DNA of 64,000 nt from Octopus vulgaris. Lineage: Eukaryota. The translations under genes were made by a program, and so were the position numbers. Of the stretch, positions 1-13,776 are shown one piece after another. The stretch is taken from NCBI GenBank assembly GCA_951406725.2, contig OX597837.1:8122001-8186000 (forward strand), read 5' to 3'. Every line of letters begins with the position of its first letter. Within the stretch, counting starts at the first letter, position 1. The notes beneath the pieces are model-generated. The model ran no database searches. It saw only the letters and a program-made list of their open reading frames with translations, and was not told where the DNA came from.

Positions 1-7
1 AAATATT

Positions 8-220
8 CTTTTCTACTCTAAGCACAAGGCCCGAAATTTTGAGGGAGGGGGCCAGTCGATTAGATCGACCCCTGTATGCAACTGGTACTTAATTTCTCGA
101 CCTCGAAAGGATGAAAGGCAAAGTCGACCTCGGTGGAATTTGAACTCAGACAGTAAAGACAGACGAAATGCCGCTAAGCATTTCGCCCGGCGTGCTAACG
201 ATTCTGCCAGCTCACCGCCC
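8..220 (-). mobile_element. tRNA-derived SINE, family A (full length, tail variant 2)
   Basis: Reverse complement reads GGCGGTGAGCTGGCAGAATCGTTAGCACGCCGGGCG...GAGTTCAAATTCC (A/B-box-like head), then GCCTTTCATCCTTTCG.GGTCGA.AAATTAAGTACCAG (Meta/MESC-like central domain, from memory). More than 12 related copies occur in the window. Confidence 0.85.
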
Positions 221-664
221 TTGTTTTGCCAAATATTACAATTTAAACACCTTTTTCTTAGAATACGATTTGGAACCTCTGCTTATCGTCTCTAGATATT
301 TAAGAAACAATAAGGAAAACTAAAAACTCAAATTAAGGGCCAAAAAACGTAGGAAGCATACATCTAAAACACTAAGGATCTAAAGCAATCATGACAATCC
401 CAAACATCTACAGTAAACATTTCTGTGCTGACGTTGTTGCTGTACTTCATCTCTGAATGCAGAAGTCGTGTCTTAGTCGGTGAAGCAGCTCTGCCGGTGC
501 TCCGACCCCTTCTACTGCGACGCCAAAGCTTCCCAGAGCCACTCATCGATGTGGGCGACAAAACTCCAGGACAAAAACCACGTGCTTTGTTGAGTCAGAT
601 GTTATGAACTCTTGGCCACATGTTTCTACCATCCTCATTGCTCATTCTTTCTGAACCACTTATA

Positions 665-800
665 CTCTCTCTCTCCCCACCTCTCTCTTTCTTTCCCCCT
701 CTCTCTTTCTTTCCCTCTCTCTTTCTTTCCTCCTCTCTCTTTCTTTCCCCCTCTCTCTTTCTTTTCCCCTCTCTCTGTCTTTACCCCACTCTCTCTGTCC
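665..800. repeat. ~18-bp pyrimidine-rich minisatellite (CTCTCTCTTTCTTTCCCC)n
   Basis: About 7 imperfect tandem units are directly visible. Confidence 0.8.
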
Positions 801-1418
801 AGATGTAATAACTTGCTTTTTGAGTGAGATTTTTCTGACAATTTTTTGGCAACATCTTTTCTCTCCTTCGCAGCTCGTCCAAAAACCCTGAACATTGAAT
901 GAACCTTGGTTCCAACAAGTCCTCTAGCTTCTATCTCTACAGCAAGACATATCGCCTCCCATCTATAGATTTCACAGAGTTCTGACCCCTATCTAATGAA
1001 ATTCTCCGAATTTAGAATCCAGGCCAAATTCTTACAAACCTAAAACCTAAGTACTATACAAATATAATGCCATCGAATACACACTTCACTATATACACTC
1101 CCAGAAATTTGAGAAGGGTTAAAGCCTAACATTTGTTATCCCCTTCACATATCCTTCTTGAAGTAATAACATCGATTCTGATTAATAAGCTAAACGTTCA
1201 CACCATTCACAAACCTAAAAGCCCATAAAAAAAAAACGTACACGATTACTTCAAGACTGAGAAATTCTTCCACACGTACCATTTAGGCCACCGTCAGAAT
1301 CAGTAAAGGTTCTATTCTCGTTTTGCACTTTTAAGAAATTACTTTACACCTTCAAATTCTGAACTGAATAAAATATAATTTATATCTCAATTATCTTCGC
1401 AACGTAAGTGAAATTACA

Positions 1419-1606
1419 TTCTTCTTCTTCTTCTTCTTCTTCTTCTTCTTCTTCTTCTTCTTCTTCTTCTTCTTCTTCTTCTTCTTCTTCTTCTTCTTCT
1501 TCTTCTTCTTCTTCTTCTTCTTCTTCTTCTTCTTCTTCTTCTTCTTCTTCTTCTTCTTCTTCTTCTTCTTCTTCTTCTTCTCCTCCTCCTCCTCCTCCTC
1601 CTCCTT
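1419..1606. repeat. (CTT)n followed by (CCT)n microsatellite
   Basis: Perfect trinucleotide runs. Confidence 0.95.
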
Positions 1607-1839
1607 CTCTCTCGTTTTGTATTGATTCACCTTTATTTCAGAAACAATTTCCAATACCTCTGCTATGTTGCAATTAAGAGTAACGGGGGCTGTACACCTT
1701 ACCAAACCTTATCCAATTTACATACTAAATACTAAATTTATTATTAAGTCCAATTTTCTAAGGAAATATAATTTTCTTCATCCGGATAATAACAAATAAC
1801 ATTCTGTTGTGTCTCGGGAGAGTCATATTCTTTTTGTGC

Positions 1840-2033
1840 CTTATAATTTAACACACTCACCGGTAAAATTTCCACTTATTTCTTATTTTTCGTTGCGTCT
1901 TGCAACCTTTTCAATAGTCTTGACTCTCAAGACTACTGAATAGGTTGCAAGACGCAAGGAAAATTTTAGGAAAATAAAAATAAGATATAAAAAATAAATG
2001 GAAATTTTACCGCTAAATGTGTTTCATTATAAG
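1840..2033. repeat. Imperfect inverted repeat whose two arms carry degenerate minimal hammerhead motifs (PLE-type remnant)
   Basis: Centre is AGTCTTGA-ctc-TCAAGACT. Plus arm 1933-1969: CTA CTGAATA G GTTGC-AAGAC-GCAAG GAAA ATT T TAG. Minus arm: CTA TTGAAAA G GTTGC-AAGAC-GCAAC GAAA. Confidence 0.6.
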
Positions 2034-2514
2034 TAAAATTTAGTAAAATTTTTAGTAAAATAAATATGCTGTTTTGGGTTCATGACTAACATTGGTTGAA
2101 GTTACAATGTGTGTAGAGACGATTCACTTATCGCAGATTCACTTATCACTGTGCATTTTCTTGGGACAAAATCCCAGCGATAAACGAACAGAAATGTACA
2201 CGATAATCGTAAGAGACTAGGATGGCCATGGATGGAATGTCTTTCCTCGTGGTTCTGCTTAATGAAGATTGAATCGGGAACGAAACAATAACATGGTATA
2301 TAATTCCGACTTTAAATACTTTTAACTAAGAAGGTATGACACACAACCGCAATATCTCCGGTTACAGAGGTTTGATGGATTGGTTATGACCGGGGGTTAA
2401 AGACCACAAATGAATCAACAACAACAACAGCAACAATAATAGCTACAAGTAATTTTGAAAATGAATGATGGAAAACCTAAAGCGTTGACATCAACAGAGA
2501 ATTCCACTTTATTG

Positions 2515-2597
<83 letters not shown>

Positions 2598-2922
2598 CTG
2601 TTGTTGTTGTTTTACTTTTTTTTTCTATAAAGATGTATTTATTGATAGAACAGGAAGTGGAGTTCTGGAATTTTAAAAAGCTTCAAGGAAAAACCTGCTG
2701 TTATGCTTATATATATGAAAGATATTTTTGCTTTAGAAAACGCATACACACGCAGTCACAGATGCATACACACACACACACACACACACAGACACAAACG
2801 CGGGAAAACGCACACACGTTTATTTGTTTGTGTGTTTGTGTATGTGTGTATGTATATATATATATTTGTGTGTGTGTTTGTGTGTAACTATATGAGTGTG
2901 TGTACATGTACGTACACATGAT

Positions 2923-2967
<45 letters not shown>

Positions 2968-3170
2968 AAGTGAGAGAGAGAGATGGGGAGGAGCTACACA
3001 GAGGGAGAAAAAGTACAAAGAATGATAGCAAGAGAGAGAGAAGTGAGAGAGAGGAAAGACAGAGAGTGAGAGAGGGAGAGAGAGAAGACAGAGAGAGAGA
3101 AAGAGAGAGAAAGGAAGTAGGAGAGAGATACATTGCTATATACATGCATATGTACGTACATTTATATACA

Positions 3171-3213
<43 letters not shown>

Positions 3214-3849
3214 TCAATTTTATACACATACATAAAGACATAAATACACATACATACACACACACATACGCGCACACACATTCACTCAATCACACACACA
3301 GACATACATATACATACAGACATATACATACAGACTTAAATACACAGATACGCAAGCATACAGGATATATATAGTTTTTTGTAAAAAAAATGTTGAGCCC
3401 TTGAACATCCTGTTTGCTTGAAATATATAGGAAAAAATATATATTTAAAGTAGAAAATTTACAGAGAAATTCATTTCAAAATAAAATAACGAATATATAG
3501 ACATGTATACGTATGTATGTATGTATGTATGTATGTATGTATGTATGTATGTATGTATGTATGTATGTATGTATGTATGTATGTATTCTGTGTATGTATG
3601 TATGTATGTGTGTACGTATGTATGTGTGTATGTATGTATGTATGTATGTATGTATGTATGTATGTATGTATGTATGTATGTATGTATGTATGTATGTATG
3701 CACGTAGGTAGGTAGGTAGGTAGGTAGGTGGGTATGTACCAGATATACGATATAGAGTTAATATAAATAAATATATATCTAAGAAATTAAATAAAACATG
3801 GAATTTAATACTATGAGAAAATAGCTGCCTTTATTTAAACAGGATAATG

Positions 3850-3895
<46 letters not shown>

Positions 3896-3938
3896 TAAGA
3901 ATATATATATATTGTATTTGTGTGTACATACATAAATG

Positions 3939-3992
<54 letters not shown>

Positions 3993-4459
3993 CATTTCTG
4001 CGTACATACATAAATATATATATATATTTACATATGTATATATGTATATGAAACAGATGCCTTTCTCTGTCTATATACATACATATATATATACGCGTAT
4101 ATATGTATATATATATATGTATACATATATATATATGTATATATGTATGTATATAGTTAAATATACATACGATTTATTTATGTACACACTTATGCATATA
4201 TATATGCATGTATATATATAAATATACATATATATACACGCATGCACTCACACACACATTCACACAAGCAATACACTCACATAGGTGCGTCTGCGTTTGT
4301 GCTGGTGTGTCTGTGTGTGGGGGTGGGCGTAAGTATGTGTGTATATGTATACAGCCACGTGTGTCAAACAAGTGTTCTTTCCCTGCAGGTTTTATGGTTG
4401 ATGCTGTGTCTTTAGAGTAAATATTTCTTCACGAAAAACACATAAGTCAATAATTTTTT

Positions 4460-5358
4460 CTTTTCCTCTGTCTCTCTCCCTCTCTCTCTCTCCCTCCCTC
4501 CCCCTCTCTCTCTCTGCCCAACACTCTTCTTCAGAAACAACCCCGACTTATTTCTTATTGTTTCTTCTACTTTTAACCCCTCCTCACTATACAGCACCCC
4601 ATTTCTCTCTCTCATTTCCAAATCACTTTCATTTCTTTCTTTCTCTTCTCTCTTCTTCCTCTCTGTCTTCCTCCCAAAATCCCCCCTCTTTCTTCCACAC
4701 TCTCTCTTCTCCTCACACCCTCTTTTCTCTATAATTCACTTCTTTGTGCGCCTCTTTTCCAAATCTCTCCCTCTCTTTTCCTTGTGATCTTCTCTAAGAT
4801 CAACCCGTCTATCTTTCTCCTTTATTCCTCAGTTACTTCTCCCAATACATCATCCTCTTTTCTCTTGCTTCCTTAAATCTCTTTTCCTTCCCCCTTTTTC
4901 TCCTTTATTCTCTCTGTCATTTCTCCCAATATAACATCCTCTTTTCTCTTGCTTTCTTAAATCTCTTTTCTCTCCCCCTTTTCTTTTACCCCTTTTCTCT
5001 TTAATTTGTACTCCTTCTTCTTCTCTGAACTCTGTATCTCCATATTTCGCTCCAATTTGTCTCCTTTTTCCAAATCTCTTCTCGCTCTCCTCCTCTCTTC
5101 CTGCCACTCTTCCCCCAACTATCCTGTATTTCTTACTCACTGTTCCTTTTCTATACCTTTTCTTTATATATCCCACCCTATTTTCTCCACCTTTCCCTAA
5201 TCGCTTTTCTCGTTTACTCCCCTTCTTCCTCTTACCACAATTCTCTAAAAACACTCCTTTCTTTATTTCTTACTCTCTCGTTTATATTCAAATACTCATC
5301 TCTGTATATCACTCTCTTCTCTTTAAAAATCCCCTCTCCCTCTCCCTCCCTCTTCTTT
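4460..5358. repeat. ~900-bp pyrimidine-rich low-complexity tract with an internal ~85-bp duplication
   Basis: Strongly C/T-biased plus strand. TTCTCCCAATA...CATCCTCTTTTCTCTTGCTT occurs at ~4837 and ~4921. Confidence 0.75.
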
Positions 5359-5450
5359 TATATGGTTAAATCTAACATCACAAGCGCCGTGATTCGCAAA
5401 AATGCACTACGTGTGTGTATGTCCTTTCTCTTAGACTTTCTTCTCTCTCC

Positions 5451-5487
5451 TGTTTCTGAAGAAGAGCTTTGCTCGAAACGTAAAACA
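5451..5487 (+). ncRNA. Minimal type I hammerhead ribozyme (PLE pLTR type), canonical core
   Basis: TGTTT CTGAAGA A GAGC-TTT-GCTC GAAA CG T A AAACA. Stem I is TGTTT/AAACA, stem II is GAGC/GCTC, stem III is palindromic ACGT and the cleavage triplet is GUA. It sits in a ~200-bp repeat also found at 8310 and 23110. Confidence 0.75.
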
Positions 5488-5630
5488 CCTTTTCTTTCCT
5501 TCCCTGAGCGTCCTAATACTTTGCATGTATCACGTCTTCGCATTGTTGTTTTTTTTTCTTGGTTTGTTTTTTCGTTTATTTTTTAAAATTATATATGTAC
5601 ATATATTACTCTATATAAATCTATACATAT

Positions 5631-5791
5631 GTATAGGAGTGGCTGTGTAGTTAGTGGCTTGCTTACCAACCACATGGTTTCGTGTTTGGTCCCGTTGCCT
5701 GACACCTTGGGTAAGTATCTACTACTATAGCCACGGGCCGACCAAAGCCTTGTGAGTGGATTTGGTAGTCGCAAACTGATAGAAGCCCATC

Positions 5792-5840
<49 letters not shown>

Positions 5841-5991
5841 GGAATATGTTTGTGTGCCTGCGTTTGCCTCCCACCATCGCTTCACAACCGATGCTGGTGT
5901 GTTCACGTCCCCGTAATTTAACGGTTACGCAAAAGAGACCGATAGAATAAGTACTAGGCTTACAAAGAATAAGTCCTGGGATCGATTTGCT
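5631..5991 (+). mobile_element. tRNA-derived SINE, family B (CORE-like domain, internal (TA)n), 3' end truncated
   Basis: GTATAGGAGTGGCTGTGTAGTTAG head, ACCTTGGGTAAGT CORE-like motif, (TA)n, then ACAACCGATGCTGGTGTG...AAGTACTAGGCTTACAAAGAATAAGTCC. Matches the copy at 10287. Confidence 0.85.
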
Positions 5992-6179
5992 TGTATATAT
6001 ATTGCTCAATATAAATCTATACATGTGTCTGTATATATATTGCTCAATATCAATCTATACATATGTCTGTATATATATTGCTCAATATAAATCTATACAT
6101 ATGTCTGTATATATATTGCTCAATATAAATCTATACGTTTGTCTGTATATATAGTGCTCAGTATAAATCAGAACATATA

Positions 6180-6256
<77 letters not shown>

Positions 6257-6605
6257 CTCAATATAAATCTATACATATGTCTGTATATATATTGCTCAAT
6301 ATAAATCTATACATATGTCTGTATATATATTGCTCAATATCAATCTATACATATGTCTGTATATATATTGCTCAATATCAATCTATACATATGTCTGTAT
6401 ATATATTTCTCAATATCAATCTATACATATGTCTGTATATATATTGCTCTATATAAATATATACATTTGTATGTATATATATTGCTCAATATAAATCCAT
6501 ACACATGTCTGTATATGTATATATATATATTGCTCAATACAAACCTATGCATATGTCTGTATATATATTGCTCTATATATATATTGCTCAATATAAATCT
6601 ATACA
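5992..6605. repeat. 38-bp minisatellite (TGTATATATATTGCTCAATATAAATCTATACATATGTC)n
   Basis: About 13 tandem units interrupted by a (TA)n run. A related unit lies just upstream of the SINE at ~5595-5630. Confidence 0.9.
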
Positions 6606-7789
6606 AACATGTGTCTGTCTGCCTGTCTTGCTGCCTACCCTCCTGCCTGTCTGCCTGTCTGCCTATCTGCCTGTCTGCCTGTCTGCTTATCTGCCTGTCT
6701 GCCTGTCTGCCTATCTGCCTATCTGCCTGTCTGCCTATCTGTCTGTCTGCCTATCTGTCTGTCTGCCTATCTGCCTGCCTGTGTGCTTGGCAGTTTGACT
6801 TCCTCTATTTTTTCCTGTTCATTTTCCCTCACTACGCTGCTTCCTTTCACTCTCTTTAGCACACAGTGTGTTTTTCTATAACATTCATTCACTTACGTAC
6901 CTCTCTGTCTTTTCGTCCATTTTATCAAAATTGCATTTTTTTCTCTCTCTCTCTTTCACTGCAAATGTAGTTTTTATTATTGATTCATTTGTAATTCATT
7001 TCACTAAGTTTTCAATCGATGTGAATAGACACATACTCAGATACGTAATCACACGCACATACACTTGAACACTGTAACACACACACTCTCACGCACACAC
7101 ACACTCATACACATACACAAACTTATATATGTATACATGCATATGTTATACTCATTCTTACACTGTATGTTAACATCTGTATATATGTACACACCCACAT
7201 ATGTACATAAATATATATACGTATACTCATACCTACAAACACGTATGTATATATATATATATATATATGTATACGTATGTAAATATCTATATATCTATAC
7301 ATATACACATATGTATAGATATGTATAAATATATATATGCATAAGTATACATATACATACATACATACATACATACAAATATATATATATATATGTATGT
7401 ATGTATATGCGAAATTTAGGTTTGTTTAAATATGTTTGTGACATCGTCTAATTCCTAAAAGGCCAATTCTCTGCAGTTACCGTGGAGAACAATTCTCTTT
7501 TATGGTAAAAAGATGCCAAAAGAACCATATCTGTTTAGTGTGGGCCCCCTGTCACGATTCTCAGACATCGGTGCCTCTAGCTCTTTAGTCGTTATCAATG
7601 GGAAATACCTAAGAGAGGCAACTCTGGACAGATCTTATCAATGCTATAGTTTTAATTGAAATACAGTCAAGAACATTGGCTGATAGATCGCCGAAGACCG
7701 CTGAAGTAGATCGCCGAAGTCGTGGAAATTACTGTTTAGGCATAAGCAAACTTTATGATACTTAAAATATATTTGGGGCATATATCAAC

Positions 7790-8098
7790 TGTTTGGAGGC
7801 AAGTTCACTGCAGTTACATGCAAACATACATTCACACATTCATAGACAGCGTTAACAAAGTCTTGTGGAGCATGCTAGAATCTTGGCTACAACACCTTCC
7901 GTTATTTGTTCCTTTCTCCTTGTGCTTCAATTCCTTTGGATGGCATCGGACCCTCTGTGAGAGGGCACACGAAACATGATTGACTGCGAGCACGTGACCA
8001 CAATAGTACCGACGACAAGCACGCATGGGCAGAAAGCAGTGTGACAGTAATAAAGATATGTTATGGCGTATGTGCGGAAAAGTTTTGACTTCACCTCG
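7790..8098. mobile_element. Probable mariner-family terminus (single TIR)
   Basis: Ends ...GGAAAAGTTTTGACTTCACCTCG followed by TA, the reverse complement of TA-CGAGGTGAAGTCAAAA, a mariner-like TIR. The left boundary is uncertain. Confidence 0.4.
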
Positions 8099-8112
8099 TA
8101 TATATATGTACG

Positions 8113-8307
<195 letters not shown>

Positions 8308-8377
8308 AATGTGACCGCGTGTGTACTGTTGGCGATTTTTTTCCTCTGTCCTCCCTTCTCTGGATCTTTTCTTCTAT

Positions 8378-8412
8378 GTTTCCGACGAAGAGCTCCGCTC
8401 GAAACGTTAAAC
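8378..8412 (+). ncRNA. Minimal type I hammerhead ribozyme, CCGACGA (U4C) core variant
   Basis: GTTT CCGACGA A GAGC-TCC-GCTC GAAA CG T T AAAC. Same repeat family as 5451, with shared downstream CCTGAGCGTCC..AATACT. Confidence 0.65.
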
Positions 8413-8809
8413 CCTCCTTCTTTCCTTCTTTCCTGAGCGTCCAATAATACTATATTTGTTCCACGTCCTCGCGTTGTTGTGTTTTTTTCTGTGCTTTCTT
8501 GTTTGGATTGACTTGTATATTATTCACAATTTAAGGAAGCAATTTCCCCGTAAGGGATTGTAATAGCAAATCCAGATGCCAACTGACTTTATCAAATATA
8601 TTGAAGGAAAGTTCCTCAATATAAAATGAATCAACCATCCATTATATGTTTTCATCGCCACTTTCTTTTATTAACTTTATATCATATATTATATATATAT
8701 ATACATACATATACATATACATACATTGATGTGTATAATATATATATATATATGTATGCACACACATGCACACACATACATATATACATACATACAGATA
8801 TATATACAT

Positions 8810-8841
<32 letters not shown>

Positions 8842-9017
8842 GCATACACACACACATATACCCACTCACACACTCATATATATATATATATATATATAAA
8901 TACATATGATATATAGGAGACACACATATACTGCATTTGTAATGATTACGTATATATATATATATAAATATATATATATATACATACACACATACATATA
9001 TATATTTATATATACAT

Positions 9018-9075
<58 letters not shown>

Positions 9076-10107
9076 CGGTGTATGTGTGTGTGTGCCTGTG
9101 TATGCATGTATATTAATGCATATACGTATAAACATACATACATACATGCATGCATGCACACACATAAAATATGCATTTGTCTGAATTTATATATATGTGT
9201 ATATGTGCATATAACATATACAACTGTACATCTACAAATATTCTGTATATATATGTGTTTTACACCTCGGATTCTCCTACCCCGCACGCACACACATAAA
9301 CTGCGCACGCACACAGTCACCCACACGTATACATATATGCACAATGCATACATATATATACATATATATACACTCAGAGATGCATATATTTATACATACA
9401 GACACCATCTATTTGTGAATCTCTTTCAGGTGAGATGTAAAGAACTTCAAAACTTCGATTGATCTCTTTTTTATACTCGCGTTTACTAATTGCCTTCTGA
9501 TGGTTCTTTGTGAGGCTGAAACAGAATTTTGGTCAAAGATATGTTTATGTTTTGTTATAAAGTATGTATAATGTCTCTACTCATCTCTGAGATGTTCTCA
9601 CACATTGTAATGTATAATATATACACACGAAATATATTCGTTGTTTGAATTTTAAAATAATATATACAGATGAGAAGCACACGAAATAGTGTCCAAATAG
9701 TATATGCGCCTAAAAAAGACGATGGTATTGCACCTAGAAAGTTCCCCTCCGAAGCACAAATCCGAGCAAGGATGTTTATGGAGGACCAACAGTCGCCCAT
9801 GCATACTAGAATCTCCTCTCCACGCCATCAATGTTATCCAACTGAGAGGCAAAGGCCGATACAGCTTGGTACCAGAATATGTGTGCATGTATTTATATTT
9901 ATATATACACGCACACGCATATATATACATGCATACATACATATATACATATATACACATACATATATGTATGTCTCCCAAGACATTCGATGGAGAAGCA
10001 AAGGGAAGCTACCATTGTAAATAAAAGGTCACAGTAAAGAACATGCCTCTGCTAAGTCAAGGACACACACACACACATACACACACACACACAAACACAA
10101 ATATACA

Positions 10108-10254
10108 TGACGGGTTTCCTTCAGTTTCTGTCTTCCAAATCCGCTCACAAGACTTTGGTCGACCCGAGGCTATAGTAGAAATTTGCTCAAGGTGCCATGC
10201 GGTGGGACTGAACCCCGAAGCAAGCTTCTTACTATACAGCTACGTCTGCGCTTA
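10108..10254 (-). mobile_element. SINE family B, 5' half
   Basis: Reverse complement of the family B head/CORE region (GGTCGACCCGAGGCTATAGTAGAA...GTGGGACTGAACCC). Confidence 0.8.
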
Positions 10255-10286
10255 GGCCCACCCCAATTTTTTTTATTATATATATA

Positions 10287-10852
10287 GGCGTAGGAGTGGC
10301 TGTGTGGTAAGTAGCTTGCTTATGAACCACATTGTTCCGGGTTCAGTCCCACTGCGTGGCATCTTGGGTAAGTGTCTTCTACTATAGCCTCGGGCCGACC
10401 AAAGCCTTGTGAGTGGATTTGGTAGACGGAAATTGAAAGAAGCCTGTCGTATATATGTATATATATATATTTATTTATGTAAAGGTTTATTATATATTTC
10501 GCAGCGTACGTGCATAATAACTTCTTTATGTTTATCATATCACCACCCCTGCACGATGTCTTTAAACTTTTTTCTTTCCTTCGCCATTGCTTCGTTGCCA
10601 AATTGTTTTGGCGCCTTTTTCTCCCAGCCTCTCTGATTCCTTCTCTCCCTCTCTCTCTTGGTCACTGCTTCTTCTCTGATTCCTTCTCTCCCTCTCTCTC
10701 TCTGGCCGATTCAGAGCGGATCTCAGAATTAAACAGCCGAAATCTGCGATGAAGAATCAGTTTGTGACTGAAGAACGAAGGCTTTGAATGATCCGTTTGT
10801 CTTTTATGTTCGTCCCTTCATGTATTTCACGTTATTTATTTATGTAAAGGTT

Positions 10853-10892
<40 letters not shown>

Positions 10893-11110
10893 GCGTGTTT
10901 GCGTGTCTGTGTTTGTCCCCCCAACATCGTTTGACAACCGATGCTGGTGTGTTTACGTCCCCGTAACTTAGCGGTTCGGCAAAAAGAGACCGATAAAATA
11001 AGTACTAGGCTTACAAAGAATAAGTCCCGGGGTCGATTTGTTCGACTTAAAGGCGGTGCTCCAGCATGGCCGCAGTCAAATGACTGAAACAAGTAAAAGA
11101 GTAAAAAGAG
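10287..11110 (+). mobile_element. SINE family B, full length, with a 365-bp insertion in its internal (TA)n
   Basis: Head GGCGTAGGAGTGGCTGTGTGGTAAG, B-box-like GGTTCAGTCCC, 3' end GGCGGTGCTCCAGCATGGCCGCAGTCAAATGACTGAAACAAGTAAAAGAG. Confidence 0.88.
10471..10861. mobile_element. Unclassified 365-bp insertion bounded by ~26-bp direct repeats
   Basis: TTATTTATGTAAAGGTTTATTATATA at 10471 and 10836. The segment is absent from the homologous SINE copy at 5631. Confidence 0.6.
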
Positions 11111-11689
11111 AATATGCTGTAAAAGGGTTAGTGGAATTTACGAGGAAAATTAAAAGCCATAAGTGAATTATAAATAGCAGAAAAATTAGATTCTTCATTT
11201 ATCAAAAGTACTTTTCGTTGGAGACAAAAATATTCAGTTCAATAAACGCGACGATCAAATCATTGGACGCATAACTTGAAAGAGTTTGTATTCGAGATGT
11301 ATAAGAAATTATAAAGGTAAATTGTTACAGTTGCAAAACGATTTTGCCTGCTCGGTTCCTTTCGTTGGTGAATGATAATACGTTATGAAAAAATTTCATG
11401 GTAAATATTTTGCCGCAGGAAAATCTGCCGTCAAAAATTTCTTTTTAAATCATGCTTTTTTTTTTTTTTCCGTTGTTTTAATGTTTGGCGTTGAATAAAG
11501 TCTTACCTTTTTAATGCTTTTATAAAACCTTTTACCAAACTTTTTTTAAAGTTATGTTTTAAGATGCTGATATTATCAGGTCTTTCATTGTCCATACGAT
11601 GGCTTGCGGCGAAACTTCTTATGTCCAATTTTCTGGACACGAATGATTATGATGATAACGACGACGACGACGACAATGCTGGTTTCGAA

Positions 11690-11828
11690 TTTTGTCACAA
11701 GTCCAGCAGTTTTAGAGGGGAGGGTGAAGTCGATTACATTGACCCCATTATTTGACTGGTACGTATTTTAACGGCCTGTACATGGCGAAAAGCAAGGTCG
11801 ATCTCTGAATTTGAACTCAGAACGTAAT
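11690..11828 (-). mobile_element. SINE family A, diverged partial copy
   Basis: AGTCGATTACATTGACCCC...ACTGGTAC...AAGGTCGA...GAATTTGAACTCAGAACGTAA. Confidence 0.65.
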
Positions 11829-11861
11829 AAAGATAGTCGAGAAACTCTTATTGCTATTAAT

Positions 11862-11865
11862 GTTG

Positions 11866-11909
<44 letters not shown>

Positions 11910-11919
11910 GCTGCTGCTG

Positions 11920-11984
<65 letters not shown>

Positions 11985-12084
11985 ACTACTACTACTGCTT
12001 CTGCTGCTACTGCTGCTAATGCTTCAACTACTACTACTGCTGCTGCTGCTATTACTACTACTACTACTACTACTACTACTCCTG

Positions 12085-12137
<53 letters not shown>

Positions 12138-12170
12138 GCTACTACTACTACTACTAATACTACTACTGCT
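11862..12170. repeat. (ACT)n/(GCT)n compound microsatellite
   Basis: Directly visible. Confidence 0.95.
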
Positions 12171-12372
12171 GCACTGAGATTGCAGAATTGTTAGCACGCC
12201 GGGCAGGATGCTTAGTAGCATTTCGTCCGGCATTTACGTTCTGAGGTCAAATTCTACCAAGGTCGACTCTGCCTTTCATCCTTTTGTTGTCGATAAATTA
12301 AGTACCAGTCAATTACTGAGCTTGATTTGATCAACAAGTTCCCTCCTCCCAAATTTCAGGCCTTTGTAGAAA
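12171..12372 (+). mobile_element. SINE family A
   Basis: GCAGAATTGTTAGCACGCCGGGC...GGTCGACTCTGCCTTTCATCC...GATAAATTAAGTACCAG...AAATTTCAGGCC. Confidence 0.8.
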
Positions 12373-12627
12373 TTAATTATTACAGGAGTGTCTTATAAGC
12401 AAGATGCATCCCTTCCCGTTCAAGATAAAATATCTGTTTCAACATGTGATTTTGCATCCGAAATCTTGTGAAACATACAAACGCAATATCTCTCTCCCTC
12501 TCTCACACACTCTCTCTCCCTCTATCTATCTATCTATCTATCTATCTACCTATCTATCTATCTATCTATCTATCTATCAAACTATCTATCTATCTATCTA
12601 TCTATCCATCTATATACACATAAACAG

Positions 12628-12698
<71 letters not shown>

Positions 12699-12976
12699 TA
12701 TATATATATATATGCGTGCATCTATTTATATATATATATATATGTATAGGTGTGCGTGTATGAATGTGTGTGTGTGTGTGAGTATGTTTGTGCCCGCGGG
12801 TGGCGTGACAGTGTGGATGTGCGTGCGATGTGTTTGTGCGGCGCGTATGCACTATGTGTTTCTGAAAAGCTGAAGACTAGAAAAAAGCGCTCACGCTTAC
12901 ACATAGTTCTACCAAGTCTATGTTAATCGGCACTTTTAAAATTTTCCATGTTCTTCATACATATATCATACACACC

Positions 12977-13059
<83 letters not shown>

Positions 13060-13264
13060 GTATGCTTCTTCTACGTCTATTATTAGTTGTTTATATTTCT
13101 TTATATTTGTACACTGTCTGGCAATTATTTATTTCTCTATATTCGCGCTATGTTTGCGGGCCATGTGTTTCTCTATCATTTTTGCCGTGATTGCTAGTTA
13201 TAAGTAATGTTCAGTCGTCTGGTAATTACCATACCTATGAGCTTGATGTTTTCAATTGTTGTTG

Positions 13265-13317
<53 letters not shown>

Positions 13318-13336
13318 GTTATTATTATTATTATCA

Positions 13337-13549
13337 TTTTCCTTCTTCTTTCAAATTTGCTTCCATTTCTTGCCGAGTGTCTTCCCGACTCCTAGGGCAA
13401 ACAAACTCATAGTATACATTGGTAGGCCATTAAACTAAACTCACTAGTTCGTTCTTCGTTCTTTTTTTTTTTAAAGTTAAATTAAAATACATGCTCTTCT
13501 CAATACGTGTGATGTACCAGTTAAGACAATCTTATGCACTGCTTGCGGT
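13337..13549 (-). mobile_element. Short 3' fragment of the R4/Dong-like LINE, within (ATT)n
   Basis: Near-identical to 59340-59570 (3' UTR plus last codons, QKIVLTGTSHVLRRA-like). (ATT)n on both sides. Confidence 0.85.
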
Positions 13550-13574
13550 ATTATTATTATTATTATTATTATTA

Positions 13575-13638
<64 letters not shown>

Positions 13639-13653
13639 TACTACTACTACTAC

Positions 13654-13699
<46 letters not shown>

Positions 13700-13738
13700 T
13701 ATTATTATTATTATTATTATTACTACTACTACTACTAC

Positions 13739-13772
<34 letters not shown>

Positions 13773-13776
13773 GGTA

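Noticed and set aside
364-610. Higher-GC stretch with short ORFs on both strands (signal-peptide-like MLTLLLYFIS)
   Set aside because: It has a non-ATG start with an in-frame stop just upstream, no recognisable domain and no convincing splice sites.
5992-6605. 38-bp periodic array as CRISPR (likewise 48225-48575)
   Set aside because: Units are contiguous with no unique spacers, there are no cas genes, and the context is eukaryotic.
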